In this document: one piece after another, positions 60,194 to 64,000 of the stretch
How positions within the stretch are numbered: position 1 is the first letter of the stretch
Layout of the letters: each line of letters starts with the position of its first letter
NCBI GenBank assembly: GCA_963750735.1
Contig: CAVVRY010000018.1
Coordinates: forward strand, 10,751-74,750
Direction of reading: 5' to 3'
DNA: 64,000 bases
From: an uncultured Bacteroidales bacterium
Lineage (GTDB): Bacteria; Bacteroidota; Bacteroidia; Bacteroidales; VadinHA17
Made by a program: the position numbers and the translations under genes
Notes under the pieces: model-generated
The model's input: only the letters and a program-made list of their open reading frames with translations
Databases searched by the model: none
Told to the model about the DNA's origin: nothing

Positions 60194-61375
60194 AACGATT
60201 AGTTGATGAACGTGGATATTTTGGGCCCTATGGCGGTGCCTTTATCCCGGAAATGCTTTATCCGAATGTGTTGGAACTGCAAGAAAAGTATGAGGAGATT
60301 CTGTTTTCAGATTCTTTTACCGAAGAATACAAAGCTTTGCTTAAGGATTATGCCGGCCGTCCAACTCCCTTGTTTCATGCTAAAAACCTATCCTCTATCT
60401 ATGGATGTCATGTTTTATTGAAGCGAGAGGATCTTGCTCATACCGGCTCACATAAAATCAACAATACCCTTGGACAAATTCTAATAGCCAGGCATCTCGG
60501 GAAAGAAAAGAATTATTGCCGAAACAGGGGCAGGTCAGCATGGGGTGGCCACTGCCACCGTTTGTGCTCTGCTTGGATTGGATTGTACTGTTTTTATGGG
60601 TGCCCGTGACACCGAAAGGCAGGCCCCAAATCTGGCCCGTATGAAAATGTTGGGTGCCAGAGTTGTTCCTGTGGAAAGCGGAAGCAAGACACTAAAGGAT
60701 GCAACCAATGAAGCCATTCGGGAGTGGACACGGCATCCCTCTGATACCCATTATATTATTGGTTCTGTGGTGGGTCCCCACCCATACCCTGATATGGTAG
60801 CCAGGTTGCAATCCATCATAAGCGAAGAACTCAGGTCACAACTACTTGAAGCAACCGGAAACTCAGAACCCTATGCAATATTAGCCTGTCTCGGCGGGGG
60901 TAGCAATGCAGCAGGCTCATTCTTCCATTATCTCGACCTGCCTGAAGTAAAACTTGTTGTAGCTGAGGCGGCTGGATTGGGATTGGAATCAGGCAAAACA
61001 GCAGCCACTACCTGGAAAGGTTCAGATGGAGTTTTGCATGGAAGTAAAACCATACTTATGCAAACCGAAGATGGCCAGGTAGTTGAACCTCATTCTGTTT
61101 CAGCAGGTCTGGACTACCCGGGAATTGGCCCCATGCACGCAAACTTAATTAGAACTGGTCGGGTAGAGAGCATTCCTGTGACTGATGAGGAGGCTTTGGT
61201 TGCAGGCTGTTTATTGGCTGAAAAAGAAGGAATAATTCCTGCCCTGGAATCTGCACATGCAATTGCATTGCTTGAAAAAATGAAATTTGAACCGCATCAT
61301 ACCATTGTAGTAACTGTTTCTGGTAGAGGCGATAAGGATATGGATACCTATATTAAATACTTGGAAAATGAATAG
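60190..61375 (+). CDS. trpB: Tryptophan synthase beta chain, one apparent +1 frameshift near 60505
   Basis: GYFGPYGG, GRPTPL, KREDLAHTGSHKINN, then IIAETGAGQHG in the next frame; HSVSAGLDYPGIGP, SGRGDKD. Confidence 0.93.
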
Positions 61376-62144
61376 GATAGACGAATTATTCAACAGGAAG
61401 AAAAATAGGATTTTAAGTATCTTTTTTACGGCCGGTTACCCCGAGTTGAATAGCACCGGAGAAATTCTTCTCTCATTACAGGATCAGGGTGTAGATATGG
61501 TTGAAATTGGGATGCCCTATTCAGATCCGGTGGCAGATGGACCGGTAATTCAGGAAAGCAGTCAGCAAGCTCTTGAAAATGGAATGACCCTGGACCTGCT
61601 TTTTAAGCAACTAAAAGAGTTTATGCCCGGAATTCATATACCGGTAATTTTGATGGGATATCTGAACCCGGTGATGAAAATGGGTTTCGAAACATTTTGC
61701 CAGAAAGCATCTGAGGCAGGGGTCTCTGGTTTGATCCTTCCTGATCTTCCACCTGAATTATCAGCAACGGAATATCAATCCCTGTTGGATAAGTATAAGC
61801 TCAGGAACATCTTTCTTATCTCACCACAAACGCAGGAATCGCGGGTTCGATTTATCGATAAGCATACAGGTGGCTTTATTTATATGGTATCATCCCCTTC
61901 GGTTACGGGTAGTCAATTGGAGAAGAATTCAGCAATTCAAAGCTATTTTGATAATATATCTAAAATGAATCTTCAACATGCAGGGATGGTGGGCTTTGGG
62001 ATATCAACGCCCGAACAGTTTGATTTTGTTTGTCAGAATACCCGGGGTGGAATAATTGGAAGCGCATACGTTAAGCAGTTAAAATCAGCAGGAAACATTA
62101 GTCAGATTACTGAAAAGTTTATAAAACCATTTCTAAAGAGTTAG
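61368..62144 (+). CDS. trpA: Tryptophan synthase alpha chain
   Basis: FTAGYP, EIGMPYSDPVADGPVIQ, LMGYLNP, PDLP, VGFGIS. Confidence 0.95.
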   Translation: MNRIDELFNRKKNRILSIFFTAGYPELNSTGEILLSLQDQGVDMVEIGMPYSDPVADGPVIQESSQQALENGMTLDLLFKQLKEFMPGIHIPVILMGYLNPVMKMGFETFCQKASEAGVSGLILPDLPPELSATEYQSLLDKYKLRNIFLISPQTQESRVRFIDKHTGGFIYMVSSPSVTGSQLEKNSAIQSYFDNISKMNLQHAGMVGFGISTPEQFDFVCQNTRGGIIGSAYVKQLKSAGNISQITEKFIKPFLKS

Positions 62145-62233
62145 ATGACTTTTCAATCACAAAAATTCTAATCACATTGAGAATCTGATCCAATAGTGTA
62201 TATTGCAAGCAAAATTCTTCAAATATTATCTCC

Positions 62234-62560
62234 ATGGAAAAAAATGAATTTAACAAATCAGAAATATTTAACTTTCAGGATAAGGTAGATTATTCATCAG
62301 GTGGAATCGTAAGTAAGCAGGTTATAAAAACTGAAAAAGGAAATGTTAGCTTATTTGCATTTGACAAAGGTGAGGGCCTGAGTGAGCATACAGCCCCTTT
62401 TGATGCAATGGTTCAGATTATTGAAGGAAAGGCAAAAATAACTATCGGTGGGGTGGATTATGAGCTTAGCGAAGGCAATACTATTATTATGCCTGCCAAT
62501 ATTTCTCATGCTGTATTTGCATTGGAAAAATTTAAAATGGTGCTGACCATGATTAGATAA
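62234..62560 (+). CDS. Cupin domain protein
   Basis: LFAFDKGEGLSEHTAPFDA..EG..IMPANISHA. Confidence 0.88.
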   Translation: MEKNEFNKSEIFNFQDKVDYSSGGIVSKQVIKTEKGNVSLFAFDKGEGLSEHTAPFDAMVQIIEGKAKITIGGVDYELSEGNTIIMPANISHAVFALEKFKMVLTMIR

Positions 62561-62698
62561 GCTGAGGGCTTAAGGCGAGTGGGGTAAATCATATTCTCGC
62601 TGATCTTCATTTACACTTACTATCCTCGTTCATAAATTTTTTCATAACGTTGCTTCTTATGTAGCGCTATTTCAAGGACGAGATGTTTTGTTAAAATA

Positions 62699-62728
62699 AA
62701 AAGGATGCCATGTTAAAGGCACCCTTTC
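62699..62728. terminator. Terminator-like hairpin between convergent cupin and trpB2 genes
   Basis: AAAAGGATGCC-ATGTTAAA-GGCACCCTTT. Confidence 0.5.
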
Positions 62729-62742
62729 TACTCATTAACCAC

Positions 62743-64000
62743 CTATTTTGAAATATCAGCCAGACTGGCTTCAATTTCACCGTTAGTAAGTTCATGATCA
62801 ACCAAATTTCCGGTAAAGTACTTGTCATAGGCTGCAAGATCAAAATGCCCATGACCGCTAAGGTTGAATAATATTGTTTTAGATACCCCTTCTTCATCAG
62901 CTTTACGGGCTTCCTCAACCGCTCCGGCTATAGCATAGGTTGCTTCGGGAGCCGGAATGATTGCTTCTGAGCGGGCAAAAGTAACTCCTGCATCGAAACA
63001 CTCACTTTGTTTCTTCGAGCGGGCTTCAATCAATTGGTCTTTTATCAACTGGCTTACCAGCACCCCTGCACCATGATACCTTAATCCACCTGCATGAATT
63101 TCTGCAGGGATAAAGTTGTGTCCAAGTGTAAACATGGGCAATAATGGTGTCATACCTGCTGTATCACCAAAGTCATACATAAATTTACCTCGGGTTAATT
63201 TCGGACATGAGGATGGCTCAATTGTAAGTAATTTAATGTTTTTACCTTCCGTTAAATTTAACCTAAGGAAAGGAAAAGCTATTCCGGAAAAGTTAGATCC
63301 ACCCCCAAAGCAGCCAATCACAACATCAGGCAATGCTCCTGCCTTTTCCATCTGAAGAATAGATTCCTGTCCAATTATGGTCTGATGCAAAATTACATGA
63401 TTCAGAACACTGCCCAGGGAGTATTTTGTATCGGGATCTTTGGCTGCCACTTCCATTGCTTCAGAAATTGCTATACCCAGGCTTCCCGGTGAATTTGGAT
63501 CCTTTGCTAAAATCGCCCTGCCAGCTTCGGTTCTGTCACTGGGTGAGGGATACACATTGGCGTTGTATGTATTCATCATAAGCTTCCTGAAGGGCTTCTG
63601 ATCATAGCTGACTCTAACCATATATACATCCAGGTCAATCCCAAAATGCTGACAGGCAAAACTCAATGCACTTCCCCATTGACCGGCTCCGGTTTCGGTT
63701 GTCATTTTTTTAACTCCTTCAATTTTATTGTAGTATGCCTGAGGGATGGCTGTATTTGCTTTGTGTGATCCGGAATAATTACCTCCTTCGTATTTGTAAT
63801 AAATTTTGCTGTTGGTACCAAGTGCTTTTTCCAAAGCTTTGGCCCTGAACATCGGACTCGGACGATAAGATCTATATAATTCCAGAACCTCCTCAGGGAT
63901 GTCAATGTATCTTTCCTGTGATACTTCCTGCTCAATGAGTCCCATAGGAAAGATGGGGGCAAGGTCTTCAGGCCCAATAGGTTGACGGGTGCCGGGATGC
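62743..64000 (-). CDS. trpB2: TrpB2 (TrpB-like PLP-dependent enzyme), 5' end outside the window
   Basis: YYKYEG..SGSHKANTA, TTETGAGQWGSAL, YSLGSVLNHV, IHAGGLRYHG, FNLSGHGHFD. The frame stays open to the window end (HPGTRQPIGPEDLAPIFPMG). Confidence 0.92.
   Translation of the reverse strand, partial: HPGTRQPIGPEDLAPIFPMGLIEQEVSQERYIDIPEEVLELYRSYRPSPMFRAKALEKALGTNSKIYYKYEGGNYSGSHKANTAIPQAYYNKIEGVKKMTTETGAGQWGSALSFACQHFGIDLDVYMVRVSYDQKPFRKLMMNTYNANVYPSPSDRTEAGRAILAKDPNSPGSLGIAISEAMEVAAKDPDTKYSLGSVLNHVILHQTIIGQESILQMEKAGALPDVVIGCFGGGSNFSGIAFPFLRLNLTEGKNIKLLTIEPSSCPKLTRGKFMYDFGDTAGMTPLLPMFTLGHNFIPAEIHAGGLRYHGAGVLVSQLIKDQLIEARSKKQSECFDAGVTFARSEAIIPAPEATYAIAGAVEEARKADEEGVSKTILFNLSGHGHFDLAAYDKYFTGNLVDHELTNGEIEASLADISK

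Overview
AT-rich chromosomal segment from a Bacteroidota bacterium, probably Bacteroidales/Marinilabiliales-like. Supporting signs are T9SS C-terminal domains, TAnnTTTG promoter elements, Gln at +1 after signal peptides and the Bacteroidota-type insert in AtpD. Housekeeping flanks: atpA-atpG and atpD-atpC on the left; rbsK/deoC, an aromatic amino-acid decarboxylase, DUF2723, an attenuator-controlled trpEGDCFBA operon and trpB2 on the right. Between them is a ~33 kb multiheme-cytochrome island (10105-43360) bounded by three Crp/Fnr regulators and carrying several FNR-type boxes. By manual count the island encodes 11 c-type cytochromes with about 100 heme-binding motifs (96 CxxCH, 3 CxxxCH, 1 CxxxxCH). 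These include an OmcE-like tetraheme (candidate nanowire subunit), ImcH-, CbcL- and CbcBA-like inner-membrane quinol oxidases and a beta-barrel/21-heme/5-heme conduit. The island also has a second DUF5777 barrel, three NHL beta-propellers (one with a T9SS CTD) and its own fused CcsBA cytochrome c synthetase. Together this looks like a complete Geobacter-style extracellular electron transfer chain in a Bacteroidota host; function is inferred and was not tested. The island contains a palindromic-repeat-flanked DUF559 nuclease gene with an IS3-family element inserted right after it. Many single-base frameshifts, mostly +1 insertions, look like long-read consensus errors rather than real pseudogenes.
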